Of a DNA stretch of 64,000 nt, positions 36,430 through 50,244 are shown piece after piece. The DNA is from Blasia pusilla. Lineage: Eukaryota. The DNA is taken from NCBI GenBank assembly GCA_050084515.1, contig CM114271.1, forward strand, positions 6,324,001 to 6,388,000, given 5' to 3'. The notes below the pieces were generated by a model. The model did not search any database. It was given only the letters and a program-made list of their open reading frames with translations, and had not been told where the DNA came from. Both the position numbers and the translations under genes were made by a program. The stretch's first letter is position 1. Each line of letters begins with the position of its first letter.

Positions 36430-37700
36430 TTTCCGCTCAAAGCTTGATCGAGAGAGTAGAGCGGCCATCCGGCTCCATAGAGTGACCCATGGGAGAGTGA
36501 ACTTATCTCTCGACTTGTTTAATGGCACCTTCCGCATTCTTAGGGAGGTTGGCCACTCTAGCGCCCCCTCTTTGCTTTCAATTTAGGGTTAGGGATGGAC
36601 CACTCCATCTACAACACGTCTTTGAGGTTGATGATAGCCTTTTCCCACTACAGTCTTCCCTCGCATGTAGAGATTCCCTTCTAGTTGAGTCTCGAGCCGT
36701 TCTCCCACTTTCTCCTCCTTAGTTACCTTCGGTCGGTCTGGGCTCCAATCTTCGTTGATGGAAGCCCACTTTGAGGGAGTTTTTAGAGGCACTATGTCAA
36801 ATGGGGATATCCCAATGGAGGTTCGGACCCGTATTTGCTCTTGCTCTATTAAGGGGGCAAGCTCATGGATGGGGGGTCGCCCCCTTATTCCAGCTTTTCG
36901 TATCACATCACTTACCTACACCATAGCAATGCGACTCCGATTGGCCCTCCCCCAACCATCAGTGGTTGGTTTGACACATTATGAGTATCGCCAGAGTTTG
37001 GGTCCACTTCATGTGCATTTGGCATGTTGTCTAGATGGGGGTGAGAGGATTCCACTCACGATGTTGTGCGGGATATCATGTTCTGTATTGCTCACGAGAG
37101 CAACTTCCATGTGCACTAAGAGAGTCACTACTCCATGAGGAATACCCTTATTCGTGTTGATCGTTATATAACGACTGAGGCTAAGGTGGTGGTGGCGCAT
37201 GTTGCAGTGACGGATCCTATGCAGGAGGTTGCGCGAGCCCAAGTGGTGATACAAGGGAGATTGCTACAAGGAGGGGCGGTGGAGAAGAACCATCTATATA
37301 GTCAACTTCATGATGGACATCGATTCGTCCCGCTAGCCGTAGAGATGTGTGGGGCTATGGGGGAGAGGTTTGACTCGTTCCTTATCGATTGCGCTCATCA
37401 TCTCCAGTCGAGAAATGGGTTTTCCTTAGTTGTCACGGTTCTTTATTGTAGGCAACGGGCCTCCATAGCTTTGCAGCATGTCCAAGCTAATGGGCTTTTA
37501 CAAAGGCTCATACTATGGGAGACATCCGTGCTAGGAGGCCACTTAATGGTAGTCATAACTCTCTAGGTGTTACTGATATTGTCTCTATTTTTGTGAGTTT
37601 AGCTGGTAGGGAGAGTGCCCCTCTTCTTTTTCCGTACCGGTTGTGGCCTTCACGTACTCGGCTCTTTTAGTTCCCCATTTTTGTACACTCGATGGATTTT
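36430..37700 (+). mobile_element. 5'-truncated non-LTR retrotransposon, C-terminal zinc finger and restriction-like endonuclease region (CRE/R2-group-like), decayed
   Basis: AMRLRLALP...H...C..GGER..HDVVRD, R.D...V.V..P, EK..Y..F.P.AVE..G..G, RQRASIALQ motifs typical of RLE-bearing retrotransposon C-termini. Frameshifted. Confidence 0.7.
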
Positions 37701-38038
37701 CCATCACCAACTATTCATTGAGGCTTCACTTTTCATTTGCTAGATGTGAGTTATGGTTGTTATAGCGGGTGGAAACAACAAGCCAAACTTGCTTGTTGTT
37801 GGTCATACACGGGAATAGTCTTGTGTTGTAGTATTGTTTGTTTGAAAGTCAAAAAATAACTTGATGGTTTTCGACAAACTTGATCTCCTTAGTGTGTCAA
37901 TTGTATTGTACATGCTTATTTTGTATCCTAATTTTGAGTTCCTACGGTTGAAGTGGAAAGTCGTGAGAAGTCGGTCCGCACTTGCTCGCCGAAGGATTCA
38001 CAAAGTGCTCTCTCACTCCCCGTAAGAATGTTTAATGT

Positions 38039-38155
<117 letters not shown>

Positions 38156-40310
38156 CCATCTCAACTCGTACAACAACAATAGAAATTATTAAGGAGTTAC
38201 ACATAACTTGGTCAAAATTGAAGATGTATGTTTGTTGAGAGAGAGTCATCTAGAAAGTTATATGAAATGGCTTGAGGGGCTAGTTTGAAAGGCACCTTTC
38301 TTCTTTTTCGGAAATCTTTCCACATATCATGGTAACCATAAGACACTTGCAAAATTTTCAAACTTCAAAACCTCCGATTATAAACGCCACATATAAAGCA
38401 TAATCACTAGCGGCTATAATTCAAATCAATTTCCTAGCGCGCCACCAAACCTCTCTCAGTTTGGCTCTACTTCAAACCTCTCAACTCTATGATTCTATGC
38501 TCAATTTGAGCGTAGTTCTCCCCTTTTGGGCCATCAGGATGACCGCTCTCATATTTCATCCAACAATTGAGAACTGAACAACACTTCCGCATATCTCGTG
38601 GCAATCACCAAACTAGGAACTCCTAGCTTAGTCCACCTTGGCTAACCCGAGCACGAGCTAACTCTGATCCAAAACATAACTCTCAAGCCACACCTTATCT
38701 CACTCTATGTGGAGCTCGAAAATCTTCCTCACAAGCTCAACGGCACTTGATTGGCCTCGCCGCGGTCCACTCTCTTGCACTCACGATCTCATATACCCTC
38801 TTGTATTCTTAATCAAACCTTGAATGATCTACTTCATTCCTCACTACGTGCAACCACTCAAAAGAAGTGACTAATTCCAAGCTTCCTTGTCAACACTTAA
38901 TGGAATAATGGAGCGAGGAGTGACGAAGGCCTCTATCCCTCCCCATGAGAATATTTACTATTTAAAGCTCCCTACCGATGGGGACATTCTAATTTCTTAA
39001 TGGCTAGACTTTGAAATATACTATCCGTAAGTGAAAAGCCTCCAATTTGACAATATGTATGTGTATATAACTCACATATCTCTACCTCAGTTGTAAATGG
39101 CATGTCTACTATAATCCTGTAATTTTGACTGTATATAAAATCTTTATCATAAAGTATGAATTAACTGCATTATTTAGGATTAAAAGGTTCCATCACTTAC
39201 ATAATTGATATTGTCCAAGGTCAATGAAAGTATATATATAATGTAGTAGCCTTACACTCCTTCAAAACTAAGGCAATTGTCTCATACTTTATGTAAAATT
39301 TTCTTTTATCACACCCTCTTATTGAATGTCCATGACAAATAGAACGGTTGAAAGAGGTTTCACTACAAAGTATTTCTAGTTGCCTACTAATAAGTGTCTT
39401 GCATTTCGGATTTTGAAATTTGTGTTTATCTTAAGATTGTGATATGTGAGTGCAAATCACGTGGTTGTTGTATGACTACTGCAATAATATGACTATGGTC
39501 TCGATTGCAACTTCTCACAATTGCATTTTTTTGCGAGTCCCCATAGTTGCAAGACACTTGCAAGATACCTTCTAGCCACTGATTCTCACATACTAGTTGC
39601 AAGAAGATTGCATAAACAATGGCGGCACAATCTAGGTGCAATTCATAATATTGTTGTGACACAATTGAAAGAAGCCGTAAGACAGTCGCAACGGACTCAC
39701 AAGATAATCGTAAACCAAAAATGGTGGACTTAACCCTTCACCATAAGACCATTTTGAGAGTGGTTTCAAGTACCCACCATGCGGGAATACATTTTTTGGA
39801 GCCATTGCTGAAATGATCATTCCTTATACTTAGAAGAACAAGATGGTGGCGGTGCAACGCAACTTTTGGTCCTCAAGCCGAAGGAGATACATTCCTTTGG
39901 CCAAGGTAGGGAAGATACATTCCAGTATGCCTTTCTAAGGGCCAGGTCCCATGGGCATTTTCTTGGGGTCGCTTGCGACCTGAAGAAAATGCTATTTGGC
40001 TATAATTTCCCGCTTGCGACGACTTTCCAGCCTGTTCCAGGCCGATTGCGCTCCACTAATGGGATTAGTTTTCAGCTATGGAATTTTCCCTTCGTTTCCC
40101 TCTGTTCTATTACCCCTCGCATCCTATCCCTTCTTATTCCCTATAAATGCTCTCTCCATTTGCTTTGTTCCATCCTCTCTCCAAGTTTGCTCTAGTCCTA
40201 TTTCCAAGTTTGGTCCCTATTCCAATTTTGTTCATAGATTTCCTCTCCATCTAGTTTCTTTCTTGCTTTCTTTTTATTAATTTTTCTCATTTTTGTTTCT
40301 TTTTTTAAGC

Positions 40311-41707
40311 ATGGATATTTTAGCTCAAGAGAGAATGAATAATTTAATAATCATGTGCTTCTTGACTCTCTAATTTTTTTACTATAGTTCAAATCATTTC
40401 TACTGGTTGTTATTTTCTTGAAGTTAGACGTAGGAGGTCCCTCCTTCGTTATCATGCTCTCTTGTATTTCCAATTCATGACGAATGTTAGTGCAAATACT
40501 ATATCACGTCGGGTGTCCTTTCCTTTGTATATTTTACCATGATCTATGGCATTTACATGTCTTTTCATTGACGATGTTATAGTAAGAAGAGATCATCTAG
40601 AGCGATTAGATCATTCTTTCGTGTTACAGTGAATACACTTGACTTCATTTGTGATTTGTTACGGAATCAACTAACTACTAATCCTCCCCATTATCTATAA
40701 GTCTTAGCAAACAGGTTTTTGAGTGTTGAGAAGCAAGTCGCTATCACTCTCCGACGTCTTGCCACATGGGATCAAATGAAGGGGATTGGAGAGCTTCAAT
40801 GCCAAAAATCTACAATTGTGTAAGTTGTCTTCAAAGTCATTAATGCACTTGTGGAGAAGGCACGTGGGGCATTGAGTTGGCCAAGAGGACAACATATGCA
40901 GAGGGTAAAGTTAGATTTCAAAGCACAACATGGTTTTTTGAATTGTTGCAGTGCAACTGATGTCACTCATTTCCTCATGGAACTACTTGCGGGTGCAAAT
41001 TCCATAATGTGGTATAGTCATAAAAGCAAATCTTATGCTTATGCCATGCAAGCTATTGATGATTCAAGACCAAAATTCATATATGTGTTCATTGGATATC
41101 CCAATTCTATTCGTGATTCTTGAATTCTTCAAAACTCCCAATCCTACAAAAATGCCACTTCCAACCAAAGTGTCCTAGATGGACATTCACTTCCATTGAT
41201 AAATGGTGAGAGGATTCGGGAGTATATTATTGGTGATGCAGGATATCCACTCTTGCCATGGCTCATAGTTCCTAATCCTAAAGCACCTATCGGACAAAAG
41301 AATACTTTGAACTTTTATCATTCTTCCATGAGGATGTGTATGGAGAGAGCTTTTGCCCGACTAAAAGGACATCGCGCATATTCAATCGAGTCATTTACAA
41401 GCCAAACTTACAAACGCTACCAAAGATGATATTTTTTGCATGTGTTCTTCATAACCTCACGATAGATAGAGAAGATCTTATAGGAAATTATCTCATAGAC
41501 CCCTTCTCCTCGACAAGGACGCATGAAGCACAAGGTCGTAGCAATCCTCCAAACAATGAAACAACACTTCAAGGAAGGAGAAATCACGAGGCTCTTTACA
41601 AGCATGTTATGGCAATAGATGAATCGTGTTTTCAACATACCAATAGAAGTACATATACCATACAAGCAGATGTACATCATATATCCATGTATATATTTAA
41701 CATATAA
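40311..41707 (+). pseudogene. Harbinger DDE transposase (HARBI1-like), disrupted
   Basis: NCCSATDVTH, MQAIDD..KFIYVFIGYPNSIRDS, YIIGDAGYPLLPWLI, NFYHSSMRMCMERAFARLK, ACVLHN. Confidence 0.88.
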
Positions 41708-41777
41708 GTACATTTCATTTGCATATTTTTGTTCACCGTATCCTCAATGAAGTTCAATTATTTTTTAATGTAAAATC

Positions 41778-43110
41778 TCAAGATATCCCTTGAAACCTCT
41801 TACCAAAAGCATAACACAAGGCTCTGGATATCATTTTGAGAGCATTTGCATTATGTTGTAGGACTTGTAGTTCTAATTGTCGTTGTTCAATTTCCTTTTT
41901 TGGATCATCATGCATAATTTTTATCACGAAATGAATGGATTCCTTTATGGTATCTCCCATGGAGCTCTTGTGTCGCCCTCGAGACATCGTCGTTTGGCTT
42001 TAATCCTATCCTTGAGTCTCTTCCTTTTTGAACTTTTGTTTTAAGTTCGAGAGGGGTTGCTAGTGCAAAAATCTATATTACTACATAGCACCATCATTAG
42101 CTAGTTGGGATATCTTCTACATCCATTGGGATCTTAAATGAATCCACCTCTATATAAACAAACGATAAATTAGTAATAGTGTATGTGCATTGTATCTGAT
42201 ATTAATAAATAAATTATTTTTTCTCATCATTTTCATGTACTTGGAGAAGAGGATGGAAAGAAGACTGGCTAGATGGGATCTCAAATGACTCCATCTCTAT
42301 ATAAAAAAACAATAAGTTAGTAAAAGCCTCATAGTGATATCAACAAGCAACTGAAATTTAATTCTTCTAGTTCATATTGATGTACTTGGAGGCACGATTG
42401 AAGCTATCAGACTCATGGGAGGAGAATTGAAGTCAACATTAAGATCAGGGAGAAGTGAAGTACCAAAGCTTGACATTCCCATGCTCTTCGAATCCACATA
42501 TTGTCGCTTAGGAAGCCATTCGACAAGACTCTAGTAATACACTTCATCAATATTCCAAGGCAGACCTAAAGCTTTACGATCCTTTTTGGACATGCGAGTG
42601 TCAAAGTAAGACATCTCGCCACTTTTTGCCTTCCACTCCAAATCATAAACCTGTACTCAGAACTTACACGAGTGTCACTTGTAAAATAAAGAAAATTCAT
42701 GTTGTGCTCACATTATAGCATTTTGATACCACCAACTTAACTTACATGTTTGAACTCTTTTATGAGAGAGTTCCATTTTTTTTAGGCTTGGCCATCACGA
42801 ATGGGTTGCTTCATCCCGTTTTCGAAACGAAACTCATCCACTTTCTTCCACTTTTGTTTTAACTTGGCAATCACGAATGGGTTGCTTCATCCCGTTTTTG
42901 AAACAAAACTCGTCCACTTTCTTCCACTTTTGTTTTAACCTGGCCATGGTAGATTGAGTAGTATAATTCAGTTCTAATATTTCCATTTCATCTCGTTTTG
43001 CTGTAATCAAATTTTGGATCTCGAAAGGCGTCCATGGTATCAGCTTTGCATTCTAAATTAGTATTTAAGAGTCGATGATAACACACTCATCGTCCATTTG
43101 ACTTCCTTCC
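41778..43110 (-). pseudogene. Harbinger Myb/SANT-like (trihelix) accessory ORF, disrupted
   Basis: Minus strand W..FE...LI.AK...KQKWKKV...RDG...KKWNSL..EFK at ~42740-43050. Contains a 76-bp tandem duplication (42788-42945). Confidence 0.7.
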
Positions 43111-43872
43111 TACAATGGGAAACAATTAGTGAAATTTCATTGCAGGAAATTATAGACTATTATAATGTTTAAGAAGATTGTAGAAAGAGAACCCATGAGG
43201 GAAGGCTTGACTCCAACATTTTCAACAACGGTTGATATGCACTTATGATTCGAGGAAGCAGTGGCTTAAAAAATATGAATATAATTAGGGTGTCTCTATA
43301 TGTCTCTACTGGATCAATTAATCTATCTGGATCAACGTACACACGCATTTGCCTAACCTTTGCACTCCCACTACATTTAAGGCATCCTTGGGTTTCATGC
43401 ACTTATGTACCTACCCCTGAGACTCTACATCTAGCACAATATCTTACAGGCTTGCCCTTGTCTAAACTTCCGTGAGATAGGCATGAAGATTTATTTTTGT
43501 CATAGAAGGCCTCTGAATTCTCCCCACGTAAATTGCCCACTAATGCAATAGACACTCTTCCGCCAACATGTGCCATTTTTTGTGATCTACTTTCACTACT
43601 TTCCTATGAGTTTCAATGATAAAAAATTCTCAAATGATCAATCAGATCTGTACAAAATTTTAATTCGAAACTCTCTACTATCTCTTATATCTTATAGAGA
43701 TGTTAGAGGGAGGATTTGATCATGTTGCAGGTCGCAAAGACACTCAAGTCCCCAAAGAGATAGTAATGGGTGACGAGAATCAGTTCACATGAGAAATCAA
43801 ATGCTTGTGAATAGTTTACAGCTTTATGGTTTAGAATTTCCATCGTGCTCAAGTGAGATCGGTGCAGGAATA

Positions 43873-44348
43873 TATCGTGCGAATCCACATCGTCATACAA
43901 CATACATCGCTGACATACCATACTCACATACATACATAACATAGACGAGAATATCCACAAACACAAGTGTACCACAACTCAAATCCGTGAAAGACCTAGT
44001 GTCATCAAACACGTATAGAATCACATACAATCGAGCCAAACCCACTCCACGATGGGAGAATCTAGGTCGAAGCTTGCGGGAAACACCATAGCCAAGAGCT
44101 CTACATACTACCAAGGCTAACTCCCAATGCAACAGGCTCAACTCAAAGAACTGACTGTTCTTTGAGTGCACTCCACCTTATATCCTCCAACCTAAGAGCG
44201 GGCCCTACTGGGAAAGTCACCCCCAACTGAGTAACCCCCAACCCTATGTATGAAACCGCATCTCTACCAAGCGACTATGGTCCTACATAAGGAATGGCCT
44301 CTACTAGCACATTATACTCTACGACATAATCCGTATGGTCATCACAAA
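43873..44348 (-). repeat. Solo/partial LTR of the 13713-14467 family nested in the Harbinger element
   Basis: Near-identical to 13713-14203. Confidence 0.9.
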
Positions 44349-44477
44349 TATCACATGGAACTATGGTGAATTGGTCATATTTCCTAGTTTGCTTAGCCTC
44401 TCATTCGTCTTGGAGTTATATGTGTGGTATGATATTTGATGTTGATGATTGTTTTATGACTTCCATTTTTTTTTTCG

Positions 44478-44790
44478 GGTCTTCTTCCGAGCACAATATA
44501 TTACATTCTGTGCGGAGATAGTTCATCAGGAATCATAAGTGAAGAGGGCTCCTTCCAAACCCTTCCCTTGCCCAATCCAGTACGCTACCCTACCAGAATT
44601 ACTGTGATGGGAGACCTGGGCTTGACTTACAATTATAGTTCTACTATGGACCACGTAATCCAAAACGATCCATCTATGCTTTTGATGATCAGAGACTTGA
44701 GCTAAGCCAACAAGTATCTCACCGATGGCACTTGAGCAGCCTTGTGCTATAACTAATTTTTTTCCCAACAATCCTACATGAGAAACCTTC
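44478..44790 (+). pseudogene. Purple acid phosphatase (PAP15/PAP23-like) exon fragment
   Basis: GLLPSTIYYILCGD...FQTLP..YPTRITVMGDLGLTYNYSSTMDH...DPSMLLMIRDLS*ANKYLTDGT: the GDLG and GDxSYA metal-binding motifs, with stops. Confidence 0.85.
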
Positions 44791-45156
44791 ATTAGCACTT
44801 TTTTGATCATCCGCAATGAACATTTATGGGACAAAGCTCTAGAATTTCAACCCGAGCGCTTCCTAGGAGAGAACCATAGCGTGAACTTTTGTGTAAACAA
44901 CTTTAGACTACTTCCTTTAGAAGGTGGGAGGCAGAATTAATTTTGAAGAACAAACACATTCATGAATCTGGGGTTGTTGCTGTTCAAACGCTTGCTCATT
45001 TCAGTGCTATATAATGTTGACTGGACTCATCCTGGAATGGATTACAATGACATCTGCTCAACGGATGGGATTGGTTTTGTCATGCGTGAGGAACGGCTAC
45101 TCATACTTGTCTTGAGGTTGCAGCTGCCCAACCACATCTATGAATTTGGAAATTGA
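44791..45156 (+). pseudogene. Cytochrome P450 C-terminal fragment
   Basis: LWDKALEFQPERFLGE...FRLLPLEGGRQ (decayed PFGxGRRxC)...MNLGL...YNVDW...RLQLPNHIY*. Confidence 0.82.
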
Positions 45157-48100
45157 TTTGTCCTAGCATACACCTGGAGGGTAAACAAAGTTTGGATGAG
45201 ATTGGATGCTCCATGACTACAAGTTCTTAGAGCATAATCCGTGAGAGTTTACAATACCTGTCCACGGCTTGAGAGTTTTTTACGGATTCCAAAGTAACCA
45301 GGTTGCAATGTGCCGTCACGAAGGCCGGGGTAGTAGTTGCAAATTTTGGAGTAAAGCTTCTTGCCCCTTGATGGATCTACAACATAGTCAACTATATGGA
45401 AGCAACACGTCGAGATCAATTTTGTTTGTTTGGTCTCAAAGCCCTCATATGTACAAATTTGTCATGGAGTCTCTACATATTACCACAAGGGGCAATTGTT
45501 GTGAGGAGGAGGTGGAACTCCGACAAGTTCAACTGGCACTAGTAATTATATCATCAATTAATCACTTCGAATTCTTCTTTAACTTCTCTCGTACTCCAAA
45601 ATCAACAATTCCTCGAGACTTTTGATTGTGTTCAGCCCGTTGGAATTGGCTCAACCCATATGGAGTCTTTTGGAAACAGTTATGTGCATGAAATTCAACA
45701 AAAAAGAGCTTCTCCAAGTAATTCTCTTGAACACATCCAACATTCAATCGATTCTTCTCTAGAGATGCAGGCTACTATAGACATCGAGCTAGGAGCGACT
45801 GAAATGTCATTGAACACAAGATGTACACCTAAACACGCTCGACTCAAGGCCACTCGCATTCAGTTTGGCTATATTTGAACATCACTCGCTTCCTTTACGT
45901 TTTGTCCGTGACCGCTTGCAAGAAACTATTCAGGTCCCTCCCAATGTCCATAGAAGAAAGCGTTTGAATGGACGAAACTGACCGGTTATTTCGAATATGT
46001 ACCCGCCCCAACAAGTTCAAAAGGGCGCAAGGACGCTAAAAAACATTTTGCGCCCAAAAAAAATGGGGGCAAGAAAATCAAGACCACGTGTTGATACCAC
46101 TGACGTTGCAAACCTCAGACGACAACCATCTCAAAAGATTCTAGACTATCCGATAGGGCTTGACTGTAAAAACAGCCAACCTTGATGCTCGACGCTGGCC
46201 CATGGGACCCGGCCCTAAGTATTCCATATATGCTAATATTCTCATAATGTATGAATTAGTGATGTTTTAGAATGTTTAACTAACTATGCGGGCGCAACTC
46301 ATGAAGTATGGCGAGTATCCCACTACCTAGGTCATGGAGGATATTTGAGGAGGTTGAAGGATGCAAGAGGACGTCTTCACCGATCAGTATATCTTAATAT
46401 CCTTGGTAAGTTCCTAACTTATAGAGGGTTCCTACATTTAGGGTGTTTTCATATTATTTTATATTACAAATGCAAGTTAGTGGAACTATGTGCATTGGGC
46501 ATTTCTCATGTCGATGGGAAACATCCTCCAAAAGGACTTGGGTTAAAACCAACTGTGAAATCCAACACTTTGGATGATAACGCCTTTTACAACTAGGAGA
46601 AGAAGGAGGAAAGAACAGTTGATGCTGAGATGTTTGAGGGGCATCTCATGGGGGATTTGTTTTCCCTTAGATTGAGGATGTCATCCTCAAGCAACTGGGC
46701 TAGTGGGTATGGAGGGCCCATTCAGAGCAAGCACTAGAGGGGTAGTTATAGGGGAGTTATTGGGGGTTATAGTCGCAAGCAGTTGCATATCTCGAGGAAA
46801 CTCATGGGACCTTCTAGTCATGATGGACCTTCTATAGGTCCACCACAACCATGTGGGCATGGTACGTTACGTGCACAACTTTGACTTAGATAATATGAAT
46901 ATTTCCGTCGCATGTTAATATGAAAATTAGACATATTATGTATAAAGATGAAATTTTAGAGTTTTTAGAATCTCACAAATGAAATCAAATTGGAGAAAAC
47001 CATACTATTTGAAATTTTAAATATTTGCGACTCTTTAATTTTAGTTGTTATGGGAGTCATAGTTGCGAGATGGAGGCAACTTTATAACTATTTTTCAAGT
47101 ACTTGATGGGGTATCATGTGTTTGTCTAGTGGCTAGTAATAGTGTCATACAACTATATTGTAGGAGTAATAAAAAAACACTTTACATCCACATAGTAATC
47201 ACATAGTGCAACTCAAGATCACAATTATGTAAGTGTCTTGCAACTACCATGTGGTTGCAAGACACTTGTTGGTGTGAAAATATAGAGCAACTATTATGCA
47301 ACTCCGTGCACTCGCGAAGTTACTTCAATTGTAGTAGTGGCTACAACTATTGCTTTTCAAGTATATTAAAAATAATTTTTTGGACTCATAATCCTACAAC
47401 TATATTACAAGTTTGTTGCAAGTAGCGGGAAATTTATGAGGAATTTTACTTTGCAAGTATTAAGTTTTGTGCGAGCGATGGGAACTGTAAAGCACTCCCA
47501 AAAATTTGAAAAAAAACTAAAAGTAATGGCTACAAGTGTGAGAAGACTCAAAAGTTACTCATATGTCTACAACTATGACTCGCAAGATTCATTAGATACT
47601 TTCTCTACTGCTTTAAAGGCGTGTTGGTTTTGCTTTACCCAAATCGTTTCAACACTCTTTCTTCCCAACATAGATGATGCCTTGAAAGGCAAGTAGAGTG
47701 TGGTGGAGCCTCATTTTAATTTGGAGGACATCATGTGGGATTATTAGGATGTCAAAGATATTTTTTTCTCTCTAGTTACGATAGCAAAATAAATATCAAG
47801 GTTGACTAAAGATGTTAGTCGTCGTGACAATAAGGTAAAACATATATGATGATGCAAGAAGTGCAAAGAGTCATGTTGAAAAGTACGACATCCAATTTTG
47901 GGATAAACTTCATAGCAAAGTTATCATTGGTAGATTGAAAAAAAAGGATAGGGGATTCAAGCTAAGTGAATACATGCCAATTATGGATGAACCTCAAACC
48001 CTAAAGTAATATTTCCAACAACTCCAAATTAATAACTAGTGATAATTCCATTTAGACCTCGTGTTAAAACCTTATGAAGGGATGAGGTTATGAAAATTGA

Positions 48101-50244
48101 TGAGAGACTAAATGAAAGGCATATATAGGAAGGTGAGATGATAGACCATGACGTAATTGAGGTAACTCAAGTATGTCATAAACAATGGTGTTTGTCATAT
48201 GTACAAATATTTTCGCAAAAAAAATAATTTGATGCATGCCAGAATTTAGAATGAAAAATAGTTTATACTCTAGTATATCTTGGTCTACATCGAATTACAC
48301 TCTATCCACCACTTGGAGGGCATGCCAACAATGAGGAAGATACATCACAAAAAACTCCCATCCCTCTTAAGATGGATCTTCAACACAGAAGCACTACCAT
48401 TACTCCACTCGAGGCAGAAAATCAAATGACTCATCGCTCTCTTGATTATCTTGTTGATAAATTTGGGTGTTTATCTTAAACACTCCATGACCATACTTAT
48501 TATGAACAATGGAATAGGCATGCAATGTAGAGTCCAACGTCCACTCCTCCTTGCTTCACCCCAAAGCATTCCCAACCTCGAGCTTTGAAAGCGAAAGTCT
48601 TAGGTTGAGTCTTCAAGTCACGCATTCTATAACAAAATAAACCACCAAGTGCTAATGAGGTCGAGGCTTTCTATGAAGACCATATGCACCAAGTGCATGT
48701 TGTCTTCATAGGAAGCTTTATCCCCAAGCCTTGACAAATCTCCCAAGTTGCTTGCCTATATCGTAGTGAGTCGGTTAATCTCTAAAGGTATGTACCTCAC
48801 TGTGCCTTAGCTTAAATCCGAAATCAAACATGAAATACGACTACATATGAAGCTCGTCAAATTCTCTAATCCAAGAACGACGATCATCCTCTCATGTGTG
48901 GACAAAAGATCTAGTAGTCGTCGCCTCAGGCTCCAACACCTTGTCCCTCATGTGTAAGTTTTTTTTAGAATAGTTTTTAGTATTGTAATACCCCACCCAC
49001 ATTCATACATAATCTTATATATTAACCATAAAAAATTAACAACACTTAATATATATGGCACATGCATTTAAATTTTGGATGCATTGTACTTCAAAAGTCC
49101 ATCAATCTAAGTTATCAAAACCCTCTTTAAATTTAAGATTGTCTTTATCTTTTTCTTATACCATTTGTTCCTATTTTCATACTTTGTATATGTCATCACG
49201 ACTTCCAATGACAGAGTCATTAAAGGATAAAATAGAGTAGAACTTTCCCCTACCTTTCGCACTGCACTATCCAACCTTTTTTTGTATATTCCGTATAATG
49301 CACAATATTTGAAGTTGAAACTCAAATTTGTTCATTTAGTGGTAATTGTGCAAGAACATGTTCAAAGTGACATTCCCATGCAACATAATCTTGTCTTCAA
49401 TTCATCTACTTTTGCATGCCCATAGGATCGCCATTTGCACAAACGAGGACTCTACATGAGACAATGACCAATTTTTTATGTGTACAGGGAAACTGTACTA
49501 CCATAAATAGTAGGATATTTAGACAAAATATACACATACATGAGGCAACCATGCATAATATTGAGAAATTGGAAAAGAGGTGTTATTGAAACCAAGAGCA
49601 AATTGACATAATTAAGTAAATTTAGTCTCAAGATAAAATTTACTTTTATGAACTTTGAGCGATTTTTTTTCCACACTAAAACAGGCCACCAATGTACTAT
49701 TTTTGAGCAAACAAGTAATAGAGCAAGGCAAAACACCTAGAAAAAACAATCCTTTTGTTACTATTTAGATAACTCTTTCAAAGTGTAAGAAATTAAATGG
49801 AAGGTAAATGCATTTTTTGTGCTAAATTTAATAACATCCTACTTAATTATATTCAATTCTTTCCAAAAAGTTGAGGAATTATAACAGTCGCACTCAAACA
49901 TTTCAATTTTGAGGGGGTTATATACATAGTGGCAAGAGGATTATTTTTTCTAGGTGTGTACTATTTAGATATAGCTTTACAAAATCCCTCCTTCTTTCAT
50001 TGACACTTTTCCTTTGAGTATTCCTTTCCCATTGACACGTGTATATGACAGGAGAGAATATAACTAAGAAAAAAACCCAAGTTAACCTAAGAGAGAGTAC
50101 ACTTGAGAGAAGGGATATGTGAGGAAAATAAAAAAACAATTCCTATATTTTGGGAAATAAGAAAAAAAAATTATCCGTGTGTGTGTCATATATAATCCGT
50201 GCATGGCAAGGGCAACTAAGTAGGAATATAAATTAACATTATAA

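Larger units (their letters stand above)
39939..46215. mobile_element. PIF/Harbinger DNA transposon carrying captured host gene fragments
   Basis: 18-bp TIRs GGGCCAGGTCCCATGGGC / GCCCATGGGACCCGGCCC (17/18 match), TAA TSD at 39936-39938 and 46216-46218, and convergent transposase and Myb-like ORFs. Confidence 0.92.
39361..47610. mobile_element. Putative non-autonomous CACTA-like element hosting the Harbinger insertion
   Basis: Left end CACTACAAAGTAT. Right end reverse complement CAGTAGAGAAAGTAT (alternative end GTAGTG at 47339). Dense subterminal AGTTGCAAGACACTT / TGCAACT repeats at 39370-39700 and 47040-47590. TSD not clean. Confidence 0.5.

Noticed and set aside
50197-50223. Degenerate Helitron-like 3' hairpin (TCCGTGCATGGCAAGGG)
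   Set aside because: The CTAG end is imperfect and no matching 5' end was found.
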